A DNA stretch of 64,000 nt, taken from assembly GCA_950097015.1 (NCBI GenBank), contig CATNEN010000038.1, positions 26,164,001 to 26,228,000 of the forward strand, read 5' to 3'. The notes under the pieces are model-generated. The model was not told the origin of the DNA. It saw nothing but the letters and a program-made list of their open reading frames with translations, and ran no database searches. This stretch comes from Macrostomum hystrix (lineage: Eukaryota > Animalia > Platyhelminthes). This document shows positions 50,101 through 61,337 of the stretch, in pieces. Made by a program: the position numbers and the translations under genes. How positions within the stretch are numbered: the stretch's first letter is position 1; each line of letters starts with the position of its first letter.

Positions 50101-51485
50101 CAACTGCCAGAAGACACAACTGCCAGAAGACGCAACTGCCAGAAGACATAACTACCAGAAGACACAACTGCCAGAAGACATAACTACCAGAAGACACAAC
50201 TGCCAGAAGACACAACTGCCAGAAGACACAACTAACAGAAGACACAACTGCCAGAAGACACAACTGCCAGAAGACACAACTACCAGAAGACACAACTGCC
50301 AGAAGACACAACTGCCTGAAGACTGTGAAAGTGGAGGCAGAGAGCTACAATGGGACTTGGTTGGGATCACTCACTGGCGTTGTCAGCGCCAACCCAGAGC
50401 TGGTCGCTGCCGAAGCCGATGCTGTTTAGGCTCAGCCTGAGGCCGTCAATTTGGGCATCACTAGCCGGCTGTGGCAGTCTGGCAGACAGTGTGGAACAGG
50501 CGGCGCTGGCGGAGGATCTGTTGACAGGGGCTCCGCCGAACAGCAGGATGTAGCAGGCGCCGGCCAAGGCTGAATAGCGCCAGTTTGAATCGGTACCACA
50601 GAGGTCAGTAGCGGCTGAGGCATCGGATACTGTTGCAGGCAAACATGGACTAGTAAATTATAAGTTTGATTCATGGCTAATTCTAAAAAAGCTTGTAGCC
50701 TATGGTAAGAGTATCGGGCCCGCGAGTTGAAGGTCTGGGGTTCGATTCCAGACTCAACTTTTATGGTATTTTAAGTATTATTAATTTAAAATTTATTTTT
50801 TTATTTTTTTTAAACGATAACAACACTGCAGCAAGGCTGTGGAAAATGACACATCATTTGGTGACAGTAGAACCGAAGCCAGTGATGAGGCAATTCTAAC
50901 CAGTTCGCTGATTCTTGAGCACACACGCACACAGATACTGTACGCAGGCACTCGCTCTCACAGGTGTGTATGTCTGTCCTGACTTTCTCATCGTCAGGCA
51001 GTGTACACTCTCACTGTGCCTTGGAATTTGGCCCTCAAGGGCGAAAATTACACGACAAGCCCCTAAGCTTTCTCTCAGCTAATCGAGCTCAGGGCTGGGA
51101 CCTTAGTGCGTTGCTCCAGTCCATGGACTGAACAGCCGTACGTAGGCACATAATTTAGCGACCCGCTGCCAGCGATGAGACAATAATTCTGCACATTCTT
51201 CTGGCCTTGATTACACAGCAGTACACAGCAGTACACAGACACACAGACACTGATTGATCGACAGGTGGTGCCTAGCTGGCTTTCTCATCGTTGCCAAGTA
51301 TATTTACTTATTCTTAAAGTACATTTGAAGATGCCTTGGGGGTGGGCCCTCTTAGGAGTAAATTGTAAAGAGTAAACTAAGGAAAACAATAGATCAATAA
51401 AGTAAATCCTTGGTTACTTACCATACGGCTTAAACGTAACTATAAGAATGCCAATAACAAATTTTAGCCAAATTATAAGTAGCAT
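44106..51485 (-). CDS. Type I membrane protein: signal peptide, C-type lectin domain, four sushi/CCP-like modules, TM and short tail
   Basis: Exons 51485-51422 (MLLIIWLKFVIGILIVTFKPY; least certain), 50629-50375, 48291-48052 (CTLD: C..W...ACY...AAC...LWVG...FAWSN...CV...W...C...LCEK), 47556-47266, 46623-46384, 45782-45495, 45172-44897 (VTFACQDG...CRSSGDWNLTSLPIC) and 44353-44106 (TM GALAITISVLFGISLLML). All introns are phase 1. Confidence 0.82.
44468..44810 (+). mobile_element. tRNA-derived SINE, copy A
   Basis: A-box-like TGGCATAGCAG, B-box-like GAGCTCGACTCC, body CCAAGGCACAGTGAGAGTGTACAC..CCTGACGATGAGAATGTCAGG, (ATT)n tail; homologous to 50790-51115 on the minus strand. Confidence 0.72.
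45257..45485. repeat. 26-bp minisatellite (CACACCCCATGAGTACACTCTCTGAC)n
   Basis: About 9 units. Confidence 0.93.
45860..47100. repeat. Related TGTCTAACA-core minisatellites of about 21-22 bp in two consecutive introns (45860-46375 and 46670-47100)
   Basis: TTGTCTAACAGGTTACACAGA and TGTCTAACATGTTTGATGACAG. Confidence 0.88.
47578..47992. repeat. 19-bp minisatellite (AGAATTCTGTCAATCAATG)n
   Basis: Direct inspection. Confidence 0.95.
48378..50316. repeat. 16-bp minisatellite (CT(A/G)CCAGAAGACACAA)n with a 712-bp block duplication
   Basis: Identical ORFs at 48453-48656 and 49165-49368. Confidence 0.96.
50691..50758 (+). other. tRNA-like Pol III head (SINE head or tRNA pseudogene)
   Basis: TAGCCTATGG A-box and GGTTCGATTCC B-box at tRNA spacing; acceptor and anticodon stems pair poorly. 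Confidence 0.5.
50790..51115 (-). mobile_element. tRNA-derived SINE, copy B
   Basis: Reverse complement aligns with copy A over about 175 bp of body at roughly 80% identity by hand count, and shares GCCCTGAGCTCGA and GGGGCTTGTCG. Confidence 0.72.
51160..51375 (-). mobile_element. Diverged third copy of the same SINE body
   Basis: Reverse complement retains GAGGGCC..CCAAGGCA, ACGATGAGAAAG, CACCTGT and AGAATT..GTCTCATCGCTGGC in the same order as copy B. Confidence 0.55.
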
Positions 51486-52079
51486 TTTGCCACTAGTCAA
51501 GCTTGATATAATATTGAAACTAATTTTGCAACTAGCTAAATAAGCAGCTCCATACTTCCATAAAAAGCTAAATCGGCGCGGTTGCCATTGGAAACGGTAA
51601 ACAAAGACAAAGCCATTGGCTAGAAAGGAAATTAAGCCTATAGCCATTGGCTTCAATGAATAGGCTTGATTAGCATTGTCGCATCTAATAAATCATTGCT
51701 AATACAAGTAGCCAGATTTCAGATTCCGCGTGCTGCACAATGTTCGCAGTATAAGCAAAGTACCTATTTATAATGGAAACGCTGTGTCAACTGTCAGAAT
51801 TGGGTGGGAAAGCACACTCAGTTATTCATCTCTGAGCAAACAAAACTTTGAGCCACTCTATATTGAAGCATCATCAAATACTACTCAACAAACCGATGCC
51901 TAACTGCATGACAAATTCACTACTTACTGAATAGTAGACCTAATTTACTCGTAATACTGATTTCAAACATTTCTATAACTTGATATAAACTTTACTTTGA
52001 ACTTTACTATTCGTAGGATAGCATTTAAAGTGTAAGGTAAGGAATAATGGGATATAAAAATGTGAGATCTTGAGTGCCA

Positions 52080-53415
52080 GAATGGGACTTGGAGTAGGAG
52101 AATGGGATCTGGAGAAGGAGAATGGAATCTGGAGTACTAGAATGAGATCTGGAGTACTAGAATGGGATCTGGAGTACTAGAATGGGATCTGGAGTACTGG
52201 AATGGGATCTGGAGTCCTGGAATGGGATCAGGAGTACTGGAATGGGATCTGGAGTTCTGGAATGGGATCTGGATTACTAGAATGGGATCTGGAGTACTAT
52301 AATGGAATTTGGAGTAAAAGAATGGAATCTGGAGTACTGGAATGGAATCTGGATTACTAGAATGGGATCTGGAGTACTATAATGGGATCTGGAGTACTGG
52401 AATGGGATCTGGATTACTAGAATGGGATCTGGAATACTAGAATGGGATCTGGAGTACTGGAATGGGATCTGGATTACTAGAATGGGATCTGGAATACTGG
52501 AATGGGATCTGGAGTACTGGAATGGGATCTGGATTACTAGAATGGGATCTGGAATACTAGAATGGGATCTGGAGTACTGGAATGGGATCTGGAGTACTGG
52601 AATGGGATCTTGATTACTAGAATGGGATCTGGATTACTAGAATGGGATCTGGAATACTAGAATGGGATCTGGAGTACTGGAATGGGATCTGGATTACTAG
52701 AATGGGATCTGGAATACTAGAATGGGATCTGGAGTACTGGAATGGGATCTGGATTACTAGAATGGGATCTGGAATACTAGAATGGGATCTGGAGTACTGG
52801 AATGGGATCTGGAGTACTGGAATGGGATCTTGATTACTAGAATGGGATCTGGAGTACTATAACGGGATCTGGATTACTAGAATGGGATCTGGAGTACTGG
52901 AATGGGATCTGGAGTACTGGAATGGGATCTTGATTACTAGAATGGGATCTGGAGTACTGGAATGGGATCTGGAGTACTGGAATGGGATCTGGAGTACTGG
53001 AATGGGATCAGGAGTACTGGAATGGGATCTGGAGTTCTGGAATGGGATCTGGATTACTAGAATGGGATCTGGAGTACTATAATGGAATTTGGAGTAAAAG
53101 AATGGGATCTGGATTACTAGAATGGGATCTGGAATACTAGAATAGGATCTGGAGTACTGGAATGGGATCTGGAGTACTGGAATGGGATCTTGATTACTAG
53201 AATGGGATCTGGAGTACTGGAATGGGATCTGGAGTACTGGAATGGGATCTGGATTACTAGAATGGGATCTGGAATACTAGAATGGGATCTGGAGCTCTGG
53301 AATGGGATCTGGATTACTAGAATGGGATCTGGAGTTCTGGAATGGGATCTGGATTACTAGAATGGGATCTGGATTACTAGAATGGGATCTGGAATACTAG
53401 AATGGGATCTGGACT
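52080..53415. repeat. 20-bp minisatellite (AATGGGATCTGGAGTACTGG)n
   Basis: Direct inspection. Confidence 0.96.
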
Positions 53416-53742
53416 ACATGAATGGCGTGAAAAGCAGACTATAATTTAAATAATCTAAGTATTTGCTTTACAATTGCTACAGTTGGGTCAGCGGAATGAG
53501 TCCAAATTTCCGCGGAATTCTGTGTGAAAGCGTCCCCTGCTTGCTCTTCTCGGATTGGTGGGTGTCGGGCCAATAAACCGAGGGGAGGGGTTTTCGATGT
53601 CACTTGGGATTCCCCATCCTTGCACGCAGCAATTAATTTTCTACCTGGAATCTAGTGCTTGCACCTGGACAGCAATCGAAATAATTTTGAAAATTGATGA
53701 GAACAGCTTCGCCATAAACACGATTAGTTAGAATAAGAGAAA

Positions 53743-54950
53743 ATGAGCCGCCGCTCATCAAGACAACCGACCATTTGGTTGCTAGTACTTTTTGACGCAG
53801 ATGGTCTAGTAGATTCTATTGAATTTAAGCAGACAGTGCCTAAAGTTGGAGAGCGAATAAACATAAACTACTATGGAGACGAACAGCTTTTCGAAGTCTT
53901 AGCTGTGTCAGGTGAGCTAAAGCTTCATATCTGCATACGCTACTCAACTCACTAATGCGTTCAATAATTCAGTCTTTCTTTTCATTTTCTCATTTTCTCT
54001 ACCTTTTCCTGCCGAGCGAAGAAACCAACATCTCCGTTCCTGCCGGAATGGTCAGCAGGGCTGACCATAGACACACTCATTTTTTCAAAGCAGGCAACAT
54101 CACAAGTCCTTTCCTGCACTTTTTTATCGGCAGCAACGGAATACAAGTTAGGCAGGTTAAGGTTAATGGGCGGCCCTCGCCTACCCCGCTGTGTCAGCTT
54201 CGACCACCCTCTTTCTCTCTCTCTCTCTCCAAAATCCTCTCTTCCACTCTTTCGTCTTTCCTCTATACCACTAACTGACTCTAAATTGTAGTACAGTTCA
54301 GATATTGCAATGTAAAATTTTTGTTCTTCTTCAGATGACAAGGCCATTGTTCGGCAAGCCGACTATGACTTTAACAAAAGCTCACGGTTGAAGGCCATCG
54401 AAGAAGAAAAAAAGTGCAGAGAAGAACAACACGCACCTTCGACTGGCGGCTTCCTTGATGTGCATGTACATGCTCACCAACCTACTGTTCCCAACAAGGT
54501 GCACCAAGCCGCTCCTTCCACTATTCCACCCAATACTCTGAAGAGAAAGGCATCGTCTTCTTTAACAGTGGCGAGTGAAATTCTTAAGAAATCAAAGGCA
54601 CAGAAGACTGCCCCTGCTTCAGTTATCAGCCACGCGATGCCCCCTACAGAAGCTAATCAGCAGGAAGCGGCTGCCAACGCAGCCATTCGAGATCCGGCTC
54701 TGACTGAGACAGTCAGCTCAATCTCCGAGTCATCATTAACCAGAGTGCTAGGAATCAACGTGCGGATGGAAAGAAGGCATTCCCGAAGCACATCTTTGAC
54801 GTTGTTCTTGAGGTCACGAGCAGGCATTTTCAAGGCGTATCACGAGAGCTGGTTGTCGGCGCAATCAACGAGGAAACAAGGAAGCTGCTCAGCGGGGTGC
54901 GCAACTGTCACATCAAAAGAAAGTGCTGCTACTGCAAAATGCGATCCTAA
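53743..54950 (+). CDS. Transposon-borne second gene, spliced; putative SH3-like N-terminal domain and BEN-like C-terminal domain, frameshifted near 54760
   Basis: Exon 53743-53911 (donor CAG|GTGAG) joins in frame to exon 2 from 54335 (acceptor TTCTTCTTCAG) into ORF 54388. The shifted frame gives ADGKKAFPKHIFDVVLEVTSRHFQGVSRELVVGAINEETRKLL, with a stop at 54948-54950. Confidence 0.6.
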
Positions 54951-54968
54951 CTCATTCCTGTGCATGGT

Positions 54969-55439
54969 TTATTCAAGCGCATAAGCGCAAGTGAAAATGG
55001 CGTCATGAAACTGATCACCGGTTTCAAGCGTCGCCAAGCTCCACAGGCATCTGACAGCCTGATTCTTGGCCTTGATTAGCTGGCAATACTGAGTGGTCGT
55101 CTTGACCCACCCTAGAATGCGCCGAATCTTCTTCACTGTGGAGAGGCTGAGACTCAGGTTAAATTTCACCTTCACTTGGTTGCGGAGATTTCGAGCCGAA
55201 ATTTTTCCTTCAGTCTGTTGGATCATGTTGTCAATGAACACCGCATGCCGCAGCGCCCAAAGTCGGCAAGGCTTTCTTCGATTGTCAGCCTTCCGCAAGC
55301 AACTGAAAAGCACTCTCTTGACTGTTTTTGGCAAAATGCTTAATGCTTCCGAAATGGACTTCACACTCTGCTTCCTCTCAAAATAGAGCTTTAAAATTTC
55401 TGCCTTCTGACTATCTGTGACATGGCAGCCTCTTTTCAT
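54969..55439 (-). pseudogene. Truncated Tc1-like transposase (DNA-binding region; ends just before the first catalytic Asp)
   Basis: HTH (SVKSISEALSILPKTVKRVL), SLSTVKKIRRILGW, YCQLIKAKNQAVRCLW...DQFHDAIFT, then breaks off where DE is expected. Confidence 0.85.
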
Positions 55440-56269
55440 AGCTAGAGTAACAATAAAAGACTATTTAATAATACAGCAATTACACTTGGAAAGTTGAATA
55501 GGGATATCGGTGTCTGGTTATAGTGAGCATTCACTATATACATGTAGCTCAAAGCAAAGAGAGTAGTATGCTGATGACATTTTGAGGGCAACCCTCAAAA
55601 GTTTCCCCCGCGGGCTCAGCCAATAGGAACACATTTCACACAATTTTCCACGGAATTCCGCGGCCATTCCGCGGAAATTTGGACTCATTCCGTTGACCCA
55701 ACAACTGTAATAGCTTGAATTAAACAGACTGATTAGGCCGTTAATATATAGGCAACAAATTAACAATACATTAGATTACACACAGTAAGAGTCAGATCTT
55801 ACACATTGTATTGATTAATTTAAATAAATATTTAAGTTAAGTATTCTATAGACAAAATAGGTGAGAAAATATTATTAGTACATCGTAAACTAATAAAAAT
55901 TATCTTGACAAAAAGTGATTTCAGAATGTGACTCTACTCATGCAAGTAGACTGGATAAATTTTGAAAATAAATCATTATTATTATTTAAAGCAATCATAA
56001 AAGCGGAGACTGAATAATAAAACAGTAGTTTAGGTCGATAAATAGATAATTATGAAGCCGGAAGTTAAATTTAGGCCTTACAAAGTGCTTAGAAATTTTA
56101 ACACAGCGCGTGGTTGGTTCATTCAGTTTACTTTAATTTGGTGTAAAGTGGGGTTGAAATAATCAATCTGAATTATTATTTCTGTACACTGAATACTAAA
56201 TATAAATTAAAATCAAAATTTATACCAAAGCTTTGAGGCGAACCTATGGTCTTAAAGACGTTGACGCTT

Positions 56270-56452
56270 GCGTGGGTGGCGGGTTTGAAGTGCGCAACTG
56301 GGTCACGTGATGTTTGCGTGGCTGGCGAGGGTTGAAGGCGCAACTGGGTCACGTGATGTTTGCGTGGCTGGCGGGGGTTGAAGTGCGCAACTGCGTCACG
56401 TGATGTATGCGTGGCTGGCGGACGCTGAATTGTGCAACTACGTGATATTTGC
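56270..56452. repeat. GC-rich repeat of about 46-47 bp, 4 units, containing GTCACGTGA
   Basis: CGTGGCTGGCGGGGGTTGAAGTGCGCAACTGGGTCACGTGATGTTTG. Confidence 0.85.
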
Positions 56453-56718
56453 CTGACCGGAAGTGGTCCTAACATTTAATTTAGGAGTTTTCTAATTAAA
56501 AAAAACGAAGTAAAAGAAGAAGTAAATTTTTATCATAAATATAATCAAAAGCAAACATATATAATCCTCCAATATAAAGGAAGCAGAATTTTCACAAGCA
56601 AGTACTGCCAGCTTAAATTCCGGATAGAAAAAGTGCGAAAAACAGCACAGCGTGTCACTGATTTAACAATCTAAACACAATTTCAGTTTTGAAAGGTTGT
56701 AGAATTAGTTTTTTAATG

Positions 56719-59700
56719 TTACTTTCGCTTCTTTAGCTCTTCGAATCGGCGTGTTAGATCGTCGAAATCGACGTCCTCGCTGGCACCACCAGCCGCGCCG
56801 GCTGCAGGATCGTTGCCATGTGGTTGCTGGGGTGGCGGCGGCTGCTGGTAGCTATTGGCCGGGCTATTTGGCACAGCCGGCAGGTCGGGCAGAGTGAACG
56901 CGCCAGGTGGAGGCCCGGACTTATCGTTGACAACAGGCGGCGGCATTTGCTGATAAGGTGGCGGCTGGACACCTATTTCGCAAAAGTTCAATGAGATGTA
57001 AGTTAAAATTGGCTTGCCTTTTACAAACTTTTACGCTTAGATCTTTACACCCAGTACACCAGTCCATTACTGTGCACCCCCAGCACCCAAGTCTTTTACT
57101 GCGCCGCCCCAACACCCACCACCCCAGTCCTTTACTGCGCAGCCACAAAACCCACCACCCCAGTCCTTTACTGCGCAGCCCCAACACCCACCCCAGTCTT
57201 TCACCGCGAAACCTTAACACCCACACCCACCACCTCAGTCCTTTAATGCGCAGCCCCAACAACCACCACCCCAGTCTTTTACCGCGGAGCCTTAACACCC
57301 ACACCCACCACCTCAGACCTTTACTGCGCAGCCTCAACACCCACCACCCCAGTGTTCTACCGCGGAGCCTTAACACCTACACCCACCACCTCAGTCCTTT
57401 TCTGCGCAGCCTCAACACCCACCAACCCGGTGTTTCACAACGGAGCCTTAACACCCACCACCCCAGTCTTTCATCGCGAAGCCCCTGCACCCACCAGCCC
57501 TGTCTTTCAGTCTTTCACTGTGCAGCCACCACCATAAAATGCAAGTCAGACAGGTCACAGCAGTCAAAAGAATTGCGTAGCGTAGGTAAAGTATCAAAAA
57601 AAACCCAACGTTGAAAAAAGCTTTGACTAAAAAAGCTTTGCCTCTCTCTCCCATCATCTTCCCTATTCTCTGCCATAATCTTCCCTACTCTCTCCCATCC
57701 TCTTCCACACTCTCTGCCATCATCTTCCCTACTCTCTCCCATCATCTTCCCCACTCTCTGCCATCATCTTCCCTACTCCCTCCCATCATCTTCCTCACTC
57801 TCTCCCATCATCTTCCTCACTCTCTCCCATCATCTTCCTCACTCTCTCCCATCATCTTCCTCACTCTCTCCCATCATCTTCCTCACTCTCTCCATTATCT
57901 TTCTCACTCTCTCCCATCATCTTCCCTACTCTCTCCATCATCTTCCCTACTCTCTCCATCATCTTCCCTACTCTCTCCATCATCTTCCCTACTCTCTCCC
58001 ATCATCTTCCTCACTCTCTCCCATCATCTTCCTCACTCTCTCCATCATCTTCCCTACTCTCTCCATCATCTTCCCTACTCTCTCCATCATCTTCCCTACT
58101 CTCTCCATCATCTTCCCTACTCTCTCCATCATCTTCCCTACTCTCTCCATCATCTTCCTCACTCTCTCCCATCATCTTCCTCACTCTCTCCCATCATCTT
58201 CCTCACTCTCTCCCATCATCTTCCTCACTCTCTCCATCATCTTCCTCACTCTCTCCATCATCTTCCTCACTCTCTCCCATCATTTTCCACACTCTCTCCC
58301 ATTATCTCCGCTACTCTCTCCAACATCTTCCTTACTATCTCCCATCATCTTTCTCACTCTCTCCCATCATCTTCCCACTCTCTCCCATCATCTTCCCCTA
58401 TCTCTCTCAGACTCACTCTCTGAATCCCTTCTCTCCCCATTGTATTCGATTGTCTCCAGCATTTCATGCTCAGTTTAGAATCTAGCGTACCTCCAGGCGC
58501 AGAAGCTCCGCCGGTGGCGGCCGCCGCAGCCGTCGGTAAGCCAGCGAATGAGCCAGTAGAAACGGGGCTAGGCGCATAGCCGGGTTGCGGAAAGCCAGGC
58601 TGCATAGGGTAAGGCGCGGCTGGCACTGACGGCAAGCCGCCGCCGCCGCCTCCACCGCTACCGCCACTTCCACCGCCGGCGCCGCCACCTTTGCGACCGC
58701 CAAATCCAGCGTCGATGTCAATCAAATTGGCACCGCTTTCTTCTCCTTCGCGCATTACGTCCGGATCCGGAGTGAACGGCACGTTGAACGATTTGGCAAT
58801 CTCTACTAGATACTTTTCTACCAGAAGCTTCGGTGGAGCCTGCACTCCTAACTTATGGATGACCTTCTCGCTCACATTGTTCATCTGGTTGGATAGGCAG
58901 GCCTGGGCGAACTCTTTGCTGTACTTTAGTGTCAACTGTTCGGCTACAGATTTGAATTCGGCTACGTCAGATTGTAAGCGAGGTGTCACCCAGATTAGGG
59001 TGGCAACGGCCTCTTCTAGGCCAGGGTCGAGCTCTCTGGGGATAATCATGTGAAAGTTATATTTGCAAACACTTACAATTCACAATTCCTCTCCATTTAT
59101 TATATTAAAAAATTATTCAAGTGTTTAAAAGGAATTATAGAAGAAGAGTTAAATAAAGAATAACTTACTATTAGGTACTGGTGATATTTTTATAGATAAT
59201 AATCACAATTGAAAAGATAATATACATATGAAAATACTAAGAAATAAAAATAGTTAACCCAGAAAATTTAGATCTCTTGAGTGCTATTAAACCCAGAAAA
59301 AAGAAGATTTTTATCTGCCTTAAAAACTAACTTCAAAGAAGTCTATAAAGAAAGTTGTGATTTTTTACATTTAATGCATGAAGCTTTAGTTTTAGTTAAT
59401 TTGTTAGCAATAATAGTTTTAAGTACTTACTGCATTAACAAAAGGGTTTAAAACATACATGCGCAACCTCCCAAATCTTAGCCGGCCGTGCGACTTAGTT
59501 TTTGCTCTCATTTGCGACTTAGTTCATTTCATTGCTCTATTTACGACTTAGTTTGCTCTCATTTGCTCTCTTTTTCTCTCCCCTTTTTCCTTTTCTTCAC
59601 GCCTTCCTTTTTTGTCCCTTGGTCCCCCCTTTGATTTTTTTGCGCTTGGTCAATTGGTTTTTGCGACTTACCTTGCTTGGCCCTCGTTTCACCCGGCCGG

Positions 59701-61337
59701 TTCGGCCGGGTCGGCCGGGTGTTGCGCATGTATGGGTTTAAAAAATAGTGGCTATGCAAAAGAAAGAATTATATCTGGGACTGACTATTTTGAGACATAA
59801 TTAAGAATAACAATGTATGAAATGAAAACCTATGCATGTATTTGCATGTATGCATGTAGACAATGTAGAGAATGCATATATTAAAAAAATAAAAATAACC
59901 TAGTAAAATTTTGTCTTGTCAAATACATTATGTAAATTTACTTAAATTTAGTAAATAAAAAGTTTTCTATTATTTAGTTGTTTTCTGTTAGTAAAGCAGC
60001 ATTTGCATCAAAAAAAATAGTTCAAGTGACATCAAGAATTCCAGAAATTTAGCAAACAAAAATGTTAATTCTAAATGTATTTCTCATAGCAAATTCTCAT
60101 ATGAAGTTGTATTAGGGGACATGTATATTGGCACATGCCATAAGGATTAGCCTTTACTTATATTGGATAGCTTAGGGAGATAGATATTACATACATGTGC
60201 AACCTCTCAAATCTTAGCCGGCCAATTTACAACTTAGTTTGCTCTCAGTTGTGACTTAGTTCGTTTCATTGCTCTATTTACAATTTAGTTTGCTCTTATT
60301 TGCTCTATTTTCTTCCCCCCTTTTCCTCTTCTTCATGCCTTCCTTTTTTGTCCCTTGGTCCCCCCTTTGATTTTTTTGCGCTTGGTTGATTGGTTTTTGC
60401 GACTTACCTTGCTTGGCCCTTGTTTCACCCGGCCGAAACGGCCAGGCGTTGCGCATGTATGTAGATATGAGGTTGATGGCCAGGGGTCTAGGCCATCTAG
60501 CAGGGGTTATTTGCAATCTATCAAGTAATTCCATTTCAAATCTGAAGTGAAAACTAAAAATATGTTTCTCTGAATTAAAATTAGGCCTACTAATAGGTAA
60601 ATTTTGACTTTAAGTAGGCCTACATTACATAAAAAATATAATTAATGATGATAGCTGATCTATCAAGTCAGACCTTACTAATGGCTGACTTTCATTCAAA
60701 CAACTAAAGACATTTAAAACATTCATGCACTATGTCTATAGTAACTTAACATAGTTTAAAGATGTAATATAATTAGGTTAAAAAAACTGTGATAAAGTTC
60801 CTAAAACTGTTTCTTTCCAAACAAAAATATTAAATGACATTAATTTCATGAAAAAAAGAAATAAGAAATATATATTAAGAGTATATTAAAAGTGAATACT
60901 TTACTACGTCTTTAGGCCTATGTCAATTTATCCAATTATAAAAAAATCCAATTCTTAAAAGGAAAAATCATTAAATTACCACAAAAAAAATCATTAGAAA
61001 AGTAATACACACTATGTTAATCCCAATGGAGTAAAAACATCGCTACATTTGCACTGCAAAGCACTTACTTTTGACTACTGATGAGTCCAAAGCGAGCAAG
61101 AAGAAGATCACAATACATCTCGATTATTTCCATGGCTTCCACGAGATAGTCTTCTCGAATAATATGCTCAACACGAATTCGAGCTCGATCATCTTTGCCG
61201 GCTTGAATATAATCAGAGATTTCTTTTCGCGCTTTAAGAGCAAGCTCTGTCTTTTTTTTCTCAAGTAGCTTTAAACGGTTGATCACAAGTCGCAAATTGG
61301 TCTTAAGCTTGCTGTAGTTGGCCTGCTTAGAGAACAT
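56719..61337 (-). CDS. IST1: IST1 homolog (ESCRT-III associated factor)
   Basis: Exons 61337-61069 (KLKTNLRLVINRLKLLEKKKTE...RIRVEHIIREDYLVEAME), 59035-58491 (ELDPGLEEAVATLIW...) and 56972-56719 (C-terminal MIM DFDDLTRRFEELKKRK); phases consistent. Confidence 0.97.
57075..58400. repeat. Two C-rich minisatellites in IST1 intron 2 (57075-57500 and 57640-58400)
   Basis: CACCCACCACCCCAGTC.. units and CTCTCTCCCATCATCTTCCTCA units. Confidence 0.9.
59454..59734. mobile_element. MITE copy 1 in IST1 intron 1, 9-bp TSD
   Basis: TIR CATACATGCGCAAC / GTTGCGCATGTATG; GGTTTAAAA on both flanks. Confidence 0.88.
60190..60461. mobile_element. MITE copy 2 (same family) in IST1 intron 1, 9-bp TSD
   Basis: Same TIR and body as copy 1; flanks TAGATATTA / TAGATATGA. 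Confidence 0.88.

Larger units (their letters stand above)
53480..55707. mobile_element. IS630/Tc1/mariner-type DNA transposon with two convergent genes
   Basis: TIRs CAGTTG(TTG)GGTCA(G/A)CGGAATGAGTCCAAATTTCCGCGGAAT at both ends; TA at 53478-79 and 55708-09. Confidence 0.92.

Noticed and set aside
48336-50311. 470-aa and 276-aa repetitive ORFs
   Set aside because: 16-bp minisatellite in intron 2 of the lectin gene.
50691-50758. Functional tRNA gene
   Set aside because: A and B boxes are present but the acceptor and anticodon stems do not pair well; more likely a SINE head or pseudogene.
53982-54347. 121-aa minus-strand ORF inside the Tc1-like element
   Set aside because: No DDE motifs, includes a (GA)n run, and lies antisense within the predicted ORF2 intron.
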